Positions 53,483 to 63,825 are shown, counted from the stretch's first letter. The stretch: 64,000 nucleotides of DNA from an uncultured Candidatus Rokubacteria bacterium (GCA_963754315.1 CAVWFS010000006.1:32001-96000); one strand, 5' to 3'. Notes: a model not told the origin generated them from the sequence alone. Made by a program: numbers and translations.

Positions 53483-53743
53483 ATGGTACCCCCCCTACCG
53501 TCTAACCGGGCTGGGGCTCTGACCCTCGTGCCCTTATCACCCCGCGTCGCCTCGAGCCCGGCCCGCGCAGAAGAGGGGCTCAAGGCGATCGGTCGGCGCG
53601 CGGCCCTCGAGGCCGAGTGCGCGGTGTTGAGGGCGGTGCTGCAGGAAGTCCGCTGGAATCGACGCCAAGCAGCCAGGCGACTCAAGGTCAGTTACAAGAC
53701 ATTGCGATCAAGGATCCGTCAGTGCGGCCTGGACAAGAATTGA
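53483..53743 (+). CDS. Stand-alone Fis-type helix-turn-helix protein
   Basis: LKAIGRRAALEAE...LQEVRWNRRQAARRLKVSYKTLRSRIRQCGL. Confidence 0.8.
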   Translation: MVPPLPSNRAGALTLVPLSPRVASSPARAEEGLKAIGRRAALEAECAVLRAVLQEVRWNRRQAARRLKVSYKTLRSRIRQCGLDKN

Positions 53744-53809
53744 CACCCCGGGGGGCCACTTGGGGTTGTCCCCCGCCACGTCCGATCAACAGGCCGTGAG
53801 GAGTCATGG

Positions 53810-54508
53810 ATGGCAATAGGTGGCGTGTGGTCCAAGATCGTACGAATTTTCACGATCATGCTACTCTTGGGAGGGTGCGCCTCGTCATCGGAGCAATTCG
53901 CTGAAGCCCCGATCGTTCGGGTCGCCACGGCACCCTATGTCATCCAGCCAGGGGACACCCTCTTGATCAAGTTTTATTACCATCCGGAACTAGACCAAGA
54001 GGAGCTCGTCCGGCCCGACGGGAAGGTGAGCCTAGCGTCGGGCGTGTCCGTCAAGGCGGTCGGTCTGAGGCCAGAGCAGCTCGGCCCCGAGCTTGTCAAG
54101 CACTTCCCGAACCTCCGAGATCCAAAGATCGACGTTGTTGTCAAGAACTCAGAGGCCCGTGTGTACGTGGGCGGCGAGGTCAACAAACCCGGCTTCGTGC
54201 CCTTCCGGTCTGGGCTGACGGTTCTCCAGGCTGTCGTGGAAGCGGGTGGGCCCCAGGATACCGCCAATATGGACGACATCGTCTTCCTTCAGCGTCTCGA
54301 CGACGAGCACTTTCGCGCGTCCAGGATCAATCTGACGGAGAGCATGGCCATGGGGCACGCGGCGACCCACGTCATGGGCCCCGCCGATGTGGTGTTTGTG
54401 CCGAGGTCGGGCATCTCCAAGGCGAACGACTTTGTCACGCAGTGGATCGTCAACATGCTGCCTGTCCGAGCCTCGATGGGAGTCTCGGCCGGGCCGGTGG
54501 CTCAATAA
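53810..54508 (+). CDS. wza: Polysaccharide export (Wza/OPX) lipoprotein 1
   Basis: Lipobox LLGGC; YVIQPGDTL, VRPDGKVSL, VYVGGEVNKPG, DVVFVP. Confidence 0.9.
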   Translation: MAIGGVWSKIVRIFTIMLLLGGCASSSEQFAEAPIVRVATAPYVIQPGDTLLIKFYYHPELDQEELVRPDGKVSLASGVSVKAVGLRPEQLGPELVKHFPNLRDPKIDVVVKNSEARVYVGGEVNKPGFVPFRSGLTVLQAVVEAGGPQDTANMDDIVFLQRLDDEHFRASRINLTESMAMGHAATHVMGPADVVFVPRSGISKANDFVTQWIVNMLPVRASMGVSAGPVAQ

Positions 54509-55248
54509 TGGTGACGCCTATGAGCACAGGCATGAAGCTCCTTGCTGGGTTCACCTGCCTCATCGCCGCCGTCTCCGCCGCGGGATGTGCATCATCGAAT
54601 AAACAGGCTGCGGGGCCGCCGTTGGGGGCAATGATGGCCGCGAACACGGCGGTGGAACCCAAGGTGCCTGCGAACTACGTGATCCAGCCGGGCGACGTCC
54701 TGCTGATCAAGTTTGAGTTCCACCCCGATCACGACCAGACGGTCACCGTGAGGACCGACGGAGGGATCACCCTGCCCTTGGCAGGCGAGGTCAAGGCGGC
54801 TGGGCTCATGCCCGAGCAGCTCGCCGACGAGCTCACGCGGTTGTACTCCAAGAACCTGCGCGACCCCAGGATCTCCGTGGGTCTGAAGGTGACGAGCCTG
54901 AGCCGTGTCTACGTGGGCGGCGAAGTCAACAAGCCCGGCTTCGTGTTCTATCGACCGGGCCTGACCGCGGTTCAAGCCGTGGTCGGCGCCGGCGGACCCA
55001 AGTTCACGGGTGCCATGGACAAGGTCGTCCTCGTCAGGATGATCGACGAAACGCGATACCAGGCCACCGTCATCGACTTGGCCAAGGCGGTCGAGAAGGG
55101 CGACACTACCGACTCGCTGGCCCTCGGTCCCAACGACGTGCTCTACGTCCCCAAGACCGGAATCGCCAAGGCGAACGTGTGGAACACGCAGTGGGTCATC
55201 AACATGAACCCGTTCCGTGGCTTTTTCACGATCCCGTTCTATCCATGA
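54508..55248 (+). CDS. wza: Polysaccharide export (Wza/OPX) lipoprotein 2
   Basis: TAATG overlap with the previous stop; lipobox AAGC; YVIQPGDVL, VRTDGGITLPLAGEV, VYVGGEVNKPG. Confidence 0.9.
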   Translation: MVTPMSTGMKLLAGFTCLIAAVSAAGCASSNKQAAGPPLGAMMAANTAVEPKVPANYVIQPGDVLLIKFEFHPDHDQTVTVRTDGGITLPLAGEVKAAGLMPEQLADELTRLYSKNLRDPRISVGLKVTSLSRVYVGGEVNKPGFVFYRPGLTAVQAVVGAGGPKFTGAMDKVVLVRMIDETRYQATVIDLAKAVEKGDTTDSLALGPNDVLYVPKTGIAKANVWNTQWVINMNPFRGFFTIPFYP

Positions 55249-55326
55249 TGCGAAGTGGCGGGACGCTCATGACGGAGGCGCTCCAGCGCCTCCCTTGCTC
55301 ACACGATCAGCGAAAAGGGGTCTGAA

Positions 55327-56994
55327 ATGGGTATTGAGGACAGGCTCAGCGGAAGTCGCCGACTCATTAGCGACGTCCTGCACGTCATCTTCAAGCGCAA
55401 GGTGCTCATTCTCGTTGTGTTCCTGGCGATCTTTACAGGAACGGTGGCGGGGGCCTTGCAGATGCCGCGGGAGTATGAAGCGACGAGCATCGTGCTCATC
55501 AAGCGCGACCGCTCCGAGACGCCCGTGAGTCCTGGACAGGGAACCGGTCGCGAGGTCACCATGCGGGTGAACCCCGATCAGGACCTGAGATCGGAAGCCG
55601 CGCTCCTCCAGCGGCGCTCACTCCTCCGGCACGTCGTGCAAAGCATCGGCGCCGACAATATCCTGAAAGGCTCGCTGCCTAGCCCGAAGACGGTCCGCCC
55701 GAGCCAGGCCGCGCCGCCCTCGGCGCCCTTCGACAAGATCGTGTCAGGAACCCAATACGCCTATGCGACCTATGTGGAGCCCGTCATGGCCGTCCCCGCC
55801 AGCATTGCCGCGTCGTTCTCGACTAAGGAGCCGGTGTCAGTCGAGGACCAAGCGGCCGCCGCGCTGGGCCGGCAACTCCGAGTGTCGACGGTCGAGGGTT
55901 CCGACGTGATCAAGATTTCCTTCAAGGGTGAAGACCGCCGCTTCACCGAAGCGGTCCTCGCCTCCCTGCTCAAGGAGTACCTCGAGCGCTACCTGGATCT
56001 ACGCGCCACCCCCGAGGCCGCGGAGTTCTTCGAAAAGCAGACCCACAAGCTGGCCCTTGACCTGCGGCGGGCGGAAGATGCGCTGGAATCGTTCGATTCC
56101 CAGAACCGCATCAGCGCGCTTGGTCGACAGCGCGAGCACTATCTCAATGCGGCGCTGACTAAGGAGACCGCGATGCAGACGGCCGCTTCGGAGCGGCAGG
56201 AGCTCGAGGAAAAGCGCCGCATCCTTCGGGCGCAGCTCGACCAGCTCCCAGAGCGGGTTCGCCTGAGCGATGAGCGTCGCGCAAGTCTCGCCGCCGACCG
56301 GATCCGGACGAGGCTGTTCGAGCTGGAGAACCAGCGGGCGAGCCTGCTCCTCAAGTACACCCCAGAGGACCGGCGCGTGACCGACATCGACAAGGACATC
56401 GCCCGTTTGAAGGAGCAGGCCGTCGCCGAACCGCCCACCGAATTCTCACGCTCGGCGGAAGGGGAGAACGCGGCCCGGCAGGCTGTGATGACGGAGCTGA
56501 TCGCCACCGAGGCCGCCCTCGCGCGCGCAGAGATCAGAGCTCAGAATCTCGAGAAAGAGACAAAGGAGTTCTATGATCGCCTCGGGAATGTCGACCGCGC
56601 CTCCTACGAGCGGGCCCGCATGGAGCGTCGGCTGGCCATCCTCGATGACTCATATCGGCTGCACACGAAGAAGTACGAGGAAGCGCGGATCGCCGCCAAG
56701 ATGAACGAGAGCCGCATTGTCAACGTGGCGCTGGCGGAGCCGGTCCAGGTCGTGCCCAAGCCCGGCAACGGTCTCTTGCTGACCATGCTGGGCGGTATCG
56801 TCGGACTCGTGTCCGGGGTCGGGCTCGCCTTCGCGCGCGACTATTTCAGCGACTCCATCACGACGGAGGACAGCGTCCGCCACCAGCTCGGACTGCCGGT
56901 GCTGACCGCCATCCCCGATAGTCGGAAGAACCGACTCGACAAGGTGGCCAACGGAGGAAACGGCCTGAACGGGCACGGAAGGAACGGCCACTAA
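55327..56994 (+). CDS. Polysaccharide co-polymerase (GumC/Wzc periplasmic part)
   Basis: Two TM helices flanking a long coiled coil; KYTPEDRRV, LGLPVLTAIP. Confidence 0.88.
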   Translation: MGIEDRLSGSRRLISDVLHVIFKRKVLILVVFLAIFTGTVAGALQMPREYEATSIVLIKRDRSETPVSPGQGTGREVTMRVNPDQDLRSEAALLQRRSLLRHVVQSIGADNILKGSLPSPKTVRPSQAAPPSAPFDKIVSGTQYAYATYVEPVMAVPASIAASFSTKEPVSVEDQAAAALGRQLRVSTVEGSDVIKISFKGEDRRFTEAVLASLLKEYLERYLDLRATPEAAEFFEKQTHKLALDLRRAEDALESFDSQNRISALGRQREHYLNAALTKETAMQTAASERQELEEKRRILRAQLDQLPERVRLSDERRASLAADRIRTRLFELENQRASLLLKYTPEDRRVTDIDKDIARLKEQAVAEPPTEFSRSAEGENAARQAVMTELIATEAALARAEIRAQNLEKETKEFYDRLGNVDRASYERARMERRLAILDDSYRLHTKKYEEARIAAKMNESRIVNVALAEPVQVVPKPGNGLLLTMLGGIVGLVSGVGLAFARDYFSDSITTEDSVRHQLGLPVLTAIPDSRKNRLDKVANGGNGLNGHGRNGH

Positions 56995-56999
56995 GGGCG

Positions 57000-58706
57000 A
57001 TGTATCTCGAGCATTTCGGTCTCCGAGAGAGTCCGTTCTCGCTGACCCCGGATCCGCGCTATCTCTTCATGTCCGACGGCCACAAGGAAGCGCTGGCCGC
57101 GATGGTGTACGGAGTCCAGGAGCGCCGTGGGTTCGTCCTCGTGGTTGGCGAGGTCGGCACGGGTAAGACCACGCTGATTCGGCATCTTCTGGCCCATTTC
57201 GAGGACAACGTCCGCACATGTTACGTGTTCAACACGCTGGTGAGCTTCGAGGAGCTTCTCGAGGCTATCCTGCGCGATCTTGGCCTCACATGCCATAGTC
57301 ATCGGCGCGTCGACATGATCGAGGGCCTGAACGAGTTCCTCATCAACGAAGCCGAGGCAGGCCGGTGTGTCGTGCTCATCATCGATGAGGCGCAGCACCT
57401 ATCCTCGGCCGTACTCGAGGATCTCCGGATGCTATCGAATCTGGAGACCTCGCGAAGCAAGCTCTTGCAGATCATGCTTGTCGGCCAGCCGGAGCTCCTT
57501 CGCCGACTGGCCCAGCCCAGCCTACGTCAGTTGCGCCAGCGCATTGCGCTCGTCGCCGAGTTGAAGCCCCTGACCTTCAGGGAAACGACGCAGTACATCG
57601 GCCATCGCCTCAGCGTGGCTGGCTGCCGCCAGGGAGTTCCGTTCACACGAGCGGCGTTGCGCCGCCTCTACGCGGCGTCAGGCGGCATCCCGCGTCTCGT
57701 GAACGTGCTGGCCGATCAGGCCATGATCCTCGCGTTCGGCGATGGAGCGAGCCGGGTCCGGCACCGGGTCGTCAGGCAGGCGGCCAAGGAGCGAAGCTTC
57801 TCGCCGCGGTCCTCGTGGCTGACGGAGAGGGCCGACTCGATCCGACCGACGGCTGCCCGTCGGGCCCGGTCGCCGTCCCGTCGACGGCGACTGCCGGTAC
57901 CGATCCTCGTCTCGGCCGCGGCGTTGGCGGCGCTGGTTCTGGTGGTGTGGAGCGTCCCCGACGTTATCGAACGGCTGCGCTGGAAGCCGAGTGCCGTTTC
58001 AACCGATGCGACCATGAAGGGTATGAGTGGCGCCAGCCTTAACCTCGTCGCCACCGAAGGCGCGAACACTGTCGCTACTGAAGCTCAGACCGTTGCCACC
58101 GAAGCTCGGACGGCTGTTGCCACCGAAGCTCCGACCGCTGCCACCGAAGCGCCGACCGTCGTCGGCCCTGGTCCGGCGGCGACCGCGATCACCGCCCCTG
58201 AGCTCCCACCGAGGACCGACCGACTCGACGGCGGCGAGCCGCCTGCGCCGACAACGACCGTCGCCACCCTCGGCAAGACCAGGGAGATCGTCGTGAGGTC
58301 GGGAGACACGTTCGGCTCGATCATCCGCAACGCCTACGGCCAAAGCTCGCTGACACTCCTCGACCACGTGGTTCAGGCCAATCCGACGGTCCGCGACGTC
58401 AACGTGCTCGAGGTGACGCAGCGACTACGCCTGCCGCCGTACAATCCGATGGCAATGGTGCGCCAGCAGGGTAAGGCGCGCTATCTGGTTCATGTGGCGA
58501 CGGTGCCGTCTGCGGAAATGGTCGAACAGATTCGCTCCGCCGTCGCCAGACACCGACGGTCGATATACACGGTAGAGGTCCGCCTAACGCATAACGTGAG
58601 CGGCCACCGAATCCTCATCGGTGACTTCGACGACCGGACCCAGGCCGAGGAATTCGCTCGATCGTTCCGACTGCCAATCCGGCTTTCCGACTCTCTGTGG
58701 GGGTAG
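57000..58706 (+). CDS. ExeA/GspA-type AAA ATPase with TM helix, LysM-like and SPOR-like domains
   Basis: MYLEHFGLRESPFSLTPDP, GEVGTGKT, IIDEAQ, LVGQPEL, GIPRLVN; VVRSGDTFGSII...ANP....N.L; C-terminal LIGDFDDRTQAE. Confidence 0.88.
   Translation: MYLEHFGLRESPFSLTPDPRYLFMSDGHKEALAAMVYGVQERRGFVLVVGEVGTGKTTLIRHLLAHFEDNVRTCYVFNTLVSFEELLEAILRDLGLTCHSHRRVDMIEGLNEFLINEAEAGRCVVLIIDEAQHLSSAVLEDLRMLSNLETSRSKLLQIMLVGQPELLRRLAQPSLRQLRQRIALVAELKPLTFRETTQYIGHRLSVAGCRQGVPFTRAALRRLYAASGGIPRLVNVLADQAMILAFGDGASRVRHRVVRQAAKERSFSPRSSWLTERADSIRPTAARRARSPSRRRRLPVPILVSAAALAALVLVVWSVPDVIERLRWKPSAVSTDATMKGMSGASLNLVATEGANTVATEAQTVATEARTAVATEAPTAATEAPTVVGPGPAATAITAPELPPRTDRLDGGEPPAPTTTVATLGKTREIVVRSGDTFGSIIRNAYGQSSLTLLDHVVQANPTVRDVNVLEVTQRLRLPPYNPMAMVRQQGKARYLVHVATVPSAEMVEQIRSAVARHRRSIYTVEVRLTHNVSGHRILIGDFDDRTQAEEFARSFRLPIRLSDSLWG
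58047..58157 (+). repeat. Five in-frame tandem 21-24 bp repeats (VATEAxT linker)
   Basis: VATEGANT-VATEAQT-VATEARTA-VATEAPT-AATEAPT; core GCCACCGAAG. Confidence 0.85.
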
Positions 58707-58713
58707 AACAACC

Positions 58714-59523
58714 ATGAGCAGGATCTTCAAGGCCCTCGAACGCGCGGAGGCGGGCCGCCGCCTCCCGCCGGGGCCTCGGCTCGACGCAGTTCACGATGTC
58801 GACCAGGAGGCGCCGGCGCCACCTTCTCCGGAGAAATCGCCAATCATCCTGCGGTCCTCGGAGGCGCTCTCCCCGGATCACGAATCCGAGCTGCCCAAGC
58901 CACGACACGAGCTTGCTCGCTTGAAGATCATGCTCGGCCTGGCCGCCGGAAGCACAGATCTGAAATCTGTGATGCTTCTCTCGGCGAAGCCCCGGGAAGG
59001 CGTCTCCACCGTCGCGCTGGGTCTGGCGCAGGAGGTGGCGGCGGCTAGCGCCAGTCACGGGGTGTTGCTCATGGAGACTCGGAGCGACCGGGCAGACCTG
59101 GCCGACTGCCTCAAGATGCCGGCGGGACCAGGGCTTTCCGAGCTGCTGGCCAAGAGTGCTCAGCGCGAGGAGGCTATCGTCGCCACCGCCGTCACCAATC
59201 TCTTCTACTTGGGGCGAGGCCAGCACCGGATCGACCTCTCACGAGCGCGCTGGACGGGGTTATTCGAAGAGCTGCTGGCCGAGCTGCGACTGATGTTCGA
59301 CTTTATCGTCATCGACGGAGGCTCCCTGCAGGAATGCACCGATAGCCTTCTGCTGGCGCGCGCGGTCGAGGGTGTCGTCCTGGTCGTCAATTCGCGTACC
59401 ACCAGCACCGGCGCCGCCCGGCGGGCCGCCCAGGGCTTGCGAGGGGCCGGGGCCAACGTTCTGGGCGTGGTGTTGAACCGGCGCCGCGACTACGTGCCGC
59501 GCTTCCTGGCCAACAGGATGTAA
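58714..59523 (+). CDS. CpsD/CapB-family BY-kinase-like protein with degenerate Walker A
   Basis: MSRIFKALERAE, SAKPREGVST, PGLSELL, FDFIVIDGG, GVVLVV, LGVVLN. Confidence 0.85.
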   Translation: MSRIFKALERAEAGRRLPPGPRLDAVHDVDQEAPAPPSPEKSPIILRSSEALSPDHESELPKPRHELARLKIMLGLAAGSTDLKSVMLLSAKPREGVSTVALGLAQEVAAASASHGVLLMETRSDRADLADCLKMPAGPGLSELLAKSAQREEAIVATAVTNLFYLGRGQHRIDLSRARWTGLFEELLAELRLMFDFIVIDGGSLQECTDSLLLARAVEGVVLVVNSRTTSTGAARRAAQGLRGAGANVLGVVLNRRRDYVPRFLANRM

Positions 59524-59524
59524 G

Positions 59525-61045
59525 GTGGCCGTCGCTCGCGGCGAACTCCTGAGTCAGCGACTCAGGGTCCTCAGCCCGCTGCTCTGGGGTTTCGGGGTCG
59601 CCATCCTCTTCGTTGGTAGCCTGACGGTAACGGCCGAGGGCAAGGGCGTAACCGCCCTCGCCCTGCTCCTGGCGGCCGTTGGCGGGCTGGTGGTGATCGC
59701 TCGCCCTGAACTCGGCGTCCTGGCCCTGACTTCGACGTTCCTCGTTGGCTACTTCAGTGTGTTCGAGGGCGAAGGTCGCTTCACCCTGAACAACCTCCTG
59801 GGACTGCTGTTGCTCGGTGTCCTCCTCGCTCGAATCTATGCCGACCGGGACCCGAGTGTTCTCGCCGATCGCCATTTTCTCCTTTTCGGCATCATCGGTG
59901 TGGTTTTTGTCGCCAACCAGATCCTCACGGCGCACTTCACACCACCCGATGAACTGGCGGCGCTTGACCTCTCGAAGGTGCGCGTCGAAGGCTTTGTCAG
60001 CAAGATCGCCTATCTGCTCTTTGTGATCGCGTTCATCCGCACGCGAGCGCACGTTCTGATGATGGCCTTCGCCGTGGTGGCCTTGGTCCTTATGACGGTA
60101 CCCAATGCGATCTGGAATGCCCTTACCGCCGAGGGCGGCAACATCGAGAGAATCCGCGCCTCCGCCGACTTCGGCATCATGGCCGCCAGTAACGCAAATC
60201 GCTTGGCCTTCATGTGCGCCATCGCCATCGCCATCATCGGCTTCGGCATGAGCGCCGCCCGCTCCTGGATCGTTCGCGGTCTGGGCGTGGCAAGCATCGG
60301 GCTTTTGGTCGCGGGTATTTTCCTCAGTGCCTCGCGCAGCGGTCTGCTGAATCTGATCGTCCTCACGCTTATCCTGGTGAAGAAGACTCGCCCCCGCCTC
60401 TTTGCCGCGCTCATCATCGCGATCGTGCTGGTCGGGGTGCTCGCGATGGTGAGCAGCCCCGGGGGTCCGGCGCACGCGGTCCTCGAACCCGTGGAGGCCG
60501 CCCGCAACCTTCTGATCGACGTAGGGGGCGCAGTGATTCCCGAAAAGTACCTACAGCGAATCACCAGCGTCGGCCTTGCCCGCGGCGAAGGAGGCCACAC
60601 CTCGACGGCGGGTCGTCTCGGTCTCATCAAGACAGGCTTCCAGGCCTTTCTGGAGCAGCCGTGGGTCGGGATCGGGGTGGGGAACTTTCGCTGGGTGGCA
60701 ATCGCCGACTATCAGGCTGATCGGGTCTCTGCGCTCCACAATTCGTATCTCCTCGCCCTGGTCGAGGGCGGAGTCCTCCTCTTCATTCCCTACGTGGCGC
60801 TGTACGCGTATACCTGGAGGAGTTTGAAGCGCAGCCGGCGGCTGGCCGCGGTCCATCCCGAGGTGAAATTGGGGTGGCTCGTGGAGGCCGTGCACACAAT
60901 CTTCGTCTTGTTCCTGATCTTCTCCCTTTTCGCCGACCTGTGGCATGACGTGTATCCTTTCCTGATCGTCGCCCTCGCCGCCTCCCTGGGGGGCATCTAT
61001 CGCAGGATCGAGGCCTCGGCTCTGCCGCGGCCCACCGCGGCGTGA
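59525..61045 (+). CDS. Wzy polymerase / O-antigen-ligase-family membrane protein
   Basis: Many TM segments; NANRLA, SASRSGLL, PWVGIGVGNF, LHNSYL..LVEGG. Confidence 0.85.
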   Translation: MAVARGELLSQRLRVLSPLLWGFGVAILFVGSLTVTAEGKGVTALALLLAAVGGLVVIARPELGVLALTSTFLVGYFSVFEGEGRFTLNNLLGLLLLGVLLARIYADRDPSVLADRHFLLFGIIGVVFVANQILTAHFTPPDELAALDLSKVRVEGFVSKIAYLLFVIAFIRTRAHVLMMAFAVVALVLMTVPNAIWNALTAEGGNIERIRASADFGIMAASNANRLAFMCAIAIAIIGFGMSAARSWIVRGLGVASIGLLVAGIFLSASRSGLLNLIVLTLILVKKTRPRLFAALIIAIVLVGVLAMVSSPGGPAHAVLEPVEAARNLLIDVGGAVIPEKYLQRITSVGLARGEGGHTSTAGRLGLIKTGFQAFLEQPWVGIGVGNFRWVAIADYQADRVSALHNSYLLALVEGGVLLFIPYVALYAYTWRSLKRSRRLAAVHPEVKLGWLVEAVHTIFVLFLIFSLFADLWHDVYPFLIVALAASLGGIYRRIEASALPRPTAA

Positions 61046-62121
61046 GCGCGGCACCTCCGGTGCCGCCAAGGGGCACGGTCGCACCGAGCGTGTCAGCGCG
61101 TCCAGGAAACCCTCCGCCAGCACATCCGTTCGTGACGGTCGTCCTTCCCATTCGTAACGAGGCCGACTACATCGAGCAGTCGCTCGGCGCCCTGCTCGTG
61201 CAGGATTACCCGGCCGATCGGATGGAGATCCTGCTCGTGGACGGCATGTCCAACGACGGCACGCGCGACATCATCGGACGCATACTCGCTCAGAACCATT
61301 CGACGTCGGTCCGCGTGCTCGACAACCCAGGACGGATCGTGCCGGTAGCCATCAACCTCGCCCTCCATCAGGCCCGCGGCGACGTGATCGTTCGCGTGGA
61401 TGGCCACACGGTCGTGGCCACAGACTACGTACGCGCGTGCGTCGACTCGCTCCAGGCCAACGAAGCTGACTGTGTGGGTGGCCGCATGGTCGCGCGTGGA
61501 CGCGTCCCCTTCGGTGTGGCGGTGGCCCTGGCCACCAGTCATCCCCTGGGGGTCGGAGGGGCGCGGTTCCACTACGCGACGCGGGTCATGGAGACCGATA
61601 GTGTCTACCTGGGGGCCTGGCGTCGCGACGTGTTCGCGTGGGCAGGGGAGTTCGACGAGGAGATGGCCTGCAACGAAGACGACGAGTTCAGTTACAGGCT
61701 CCGCGCCAAGGGCGGGCGAATCGTGCTCGACCCATCGATCCAGTCCGTGTACTACAACCGCTCGTCAGCCCGGACGTTGTGGCGCCAGTATTTCCGCTAC
61801 GGACTCTGGAAGGTCAGGGTCGCCCAAAAGGTTCCGCGCCAGATGCGTCCGCGGCACGTCATTCCATTCGGCTTCGTCGTCGCCCTGGCGGGAGGTGGGG
61901 TGCTGTCGCTGCTGCACACCACGGTGGGGTGGGCGTGGTTGGCCATGGTCGCCGCGTACGCGGCAGCGACCCTTGGTACCAGCGCAACCCTCGCCCGGCG
62001 CGCGGGCTGGCACCTCTATCCGCGCCTGCCTATCGTCTTTTTTATCCTGCACGCTGCCTACGGCACCGGTTTTGCCGTGGGTCTCGGACGCTTTGCGGGG
62101 TCGTGGAGGAAGGTGGCCTGA
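61042..62121 (+). CDS. GT2 glycosyltransferase (ExoA-like)
   Basis: VVLPIRNE, VDGMSNDGT, RVDGH, NEDDEFSYRL, LWRQYFRYG. Confidence 0.92.
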   Translation: MSAAPPVPPRGTVAPSVSARPGNPPPAHPFVTVVLPIRNEADYIEQSLGALLVQDYPADRMEILLVDGMSNDGTRDIIGRILAQNHSTSVRVLDNPGRIVPVAINLALHQARGDVIVRVDGHTVVATDYVRACVDSLQANEADCVGGRMVARGRVPFGVAVALATSHPLGVGGARFHYATRVMETDSVYLGAWRRDVFAWAGEFDEEMACNEDDEFSYRLRAKGGRIVLDPSIQSVYYNRSSARTLWRQYFRYGLWKVRVAQKVPRQMRPRHVIPFGFVVALAGGGVLSLLHTTVGWAWLAMVAAYAAATLGTSATLARRAGWHLYPRLPIVFFILHAAYGTGFAVGLGRFAGSWRKVA

Positions 62122-62129
62122 GTGCCGCC

Positions 62130-63823
62130 ATGGACCCGCAATACTCGCCTCAGGGCCGGACCGAGCGCCTCATCACGGTGGGGCGGGTTGTCCTCGCTGC
62201 CGCGTCGCTCCTAGCCGTCTGGCTCGACCCCACGCAGCCTGCAAAGTACGCGGAAACGACGTACGCGCTGATGATCGCGTACGTCGTCTATTCCCTGCTC
62301 CTCGCCCTCCTCGTCTGGACTTCGGCGGTTCCCCTGAATGGCATGCGCCTGACGACGCACGGGATCGACCTTGGTGTCTTCTGCGTGTTCATCTTCCTCA
62401 CCAACGGCCCGCCGAGCAGCCCATTCTTCTTGTACATCGTGTTCGCGGTCGTCTGCGCTGCCTTGCGCTGGGCTTGGCCGGGCACGATCGGCACGGCCAC
62501 CATCCTGTTGGGGATTTCATCGGGATGGGCCTCTACGGGGCGACCCTCGATGATGACGAGGAGCTCAACCGCTTCATCATCGGTGCCGTCGACGTCGCTG
62601 TCATCGCGGTGCTGCTCGGCTACATGGCGGCCTACGAGGAGCAGCGCCGGAGCGAAGTCGGGAAGCTGGCTGCGTGGCCGGCGAGCGCCCTCAGCGAACT
62701 CCGCGATGTGGTGCGGCAGGCCCTCGTGCACGCCGCCGGCATCATCGGTGCGCCGCGAGTGGCCATGGCGTGGGAGGAGGGCGAGGAGCCCTGGCTCCAC
62801 GTGGCCATCTGGACCGGCGAAGACTTGCAGTGGAGCCGCGAGGCGGTCCGCATGGCCGCGACGCACGTGGCCCGGCCCCTGGAGGACACCGCGTTTCTAT
62901 GTCGGGATTCGCGCGCCACACCAGCGACCGTGCTCCACACCACGGCGCGCGGGCTCGCTCGATGGCAGGGAGCGCCGATCGCGCCCGAATTGGCGGACCG
63001 CCTCGCGGCGTCGTCCGTGCTCTCGCTCAGACTCCGGGGCGACTGGAGCGGGCGGTTGTTCTTTCTCGATAAACCCGGACTGACGTCCGACGACTTGACG
63101 CTCGGGCAGATCATTGCCCAGCAGACAGTCTCTCGGCTGGATCACTACTACCTGTTGCGACGCCTGCAGCAGGCGGCCATCCTGGGCGAGCGCGGGCGCC
63201 TGGCTCGAGACCTCCACGATGGATTGCTCCAGACCTTGACGGGGACCGCCCTCCAATTGGAGACGCTGAGGCGCCTTCTCGTTGGCGCCTCCAGCCCTGC
63301 CCTCGAGCGGCTGGCGGAGGTGCAGCAGCTGATCATCACGCAGCAGCGCTCCCTGCGCGCGCTTATTCGCGAGTTGAGACCCACCGGGCTCGTGCCCTCC
63401 GGCACCACGCCGGGATTCGAGGCCGGTCTGCGCGAACTGTGCGAGAGAGTGGCCCGACAATGGGGGCTCGCCGTCACCCTGGAGGTGGCCGGCGCGCCTC
63501 CGGCCATCTCCGGCTCGCTGGCAAGCGACATCACGTACATCGTGCACGAGGCCCGCGCCAACGCCGCCCGCCACGGCGAGGCGACGGCCGTCTGCGTGCG
63601 CGTGCGCTTCGGCGGCTCGGAGGTGACGGTTGCCGTGAGCGACGACGGCCATGGCTTTCCATTCCGGGGGCGTTATGCGCTGCCCGCGCTCATCGAAAAG
63701 GGGGTTGGGCCCTCATCGCTGAAGGAGCGCGTCGCCGATCTCGCCGGAGACTTGTACATCGACTCCGCCTCCTCCGGCTCGCGGGTGGAGGTGCGCCTTC
63801 ACCTTCAGCCTACGGAAGCCTGA
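62130..63823 (+). CDS. Membrane sensor histidine kinase (HisKA_3 type), one frameshift near 62515
   Basis: TM N-terminus in ORF 61638 (MDPQYSPQGRTERLI...), continuing in ORF 61400 with ERGRLARDLHDGLLQ, EARANAARH, SDDGHGF. Confidence 0.88.
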
Positions 63824-63825
63824 GC

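Noticed and set aside
58047..58157. Short repeats considered as a CRISPR array
   Set aside because: They are in-frame coding repeats with no unique spacers and no cas genes; no CRISPR array was seen anywhere in the window.
61400..62515. 807-aa ORF as a single kinase starting at 61400
   Set aside because: Its first part overlaps the glycosyltransferase out of frame; the kinase starts at 62130 and shifts frame near 62515.
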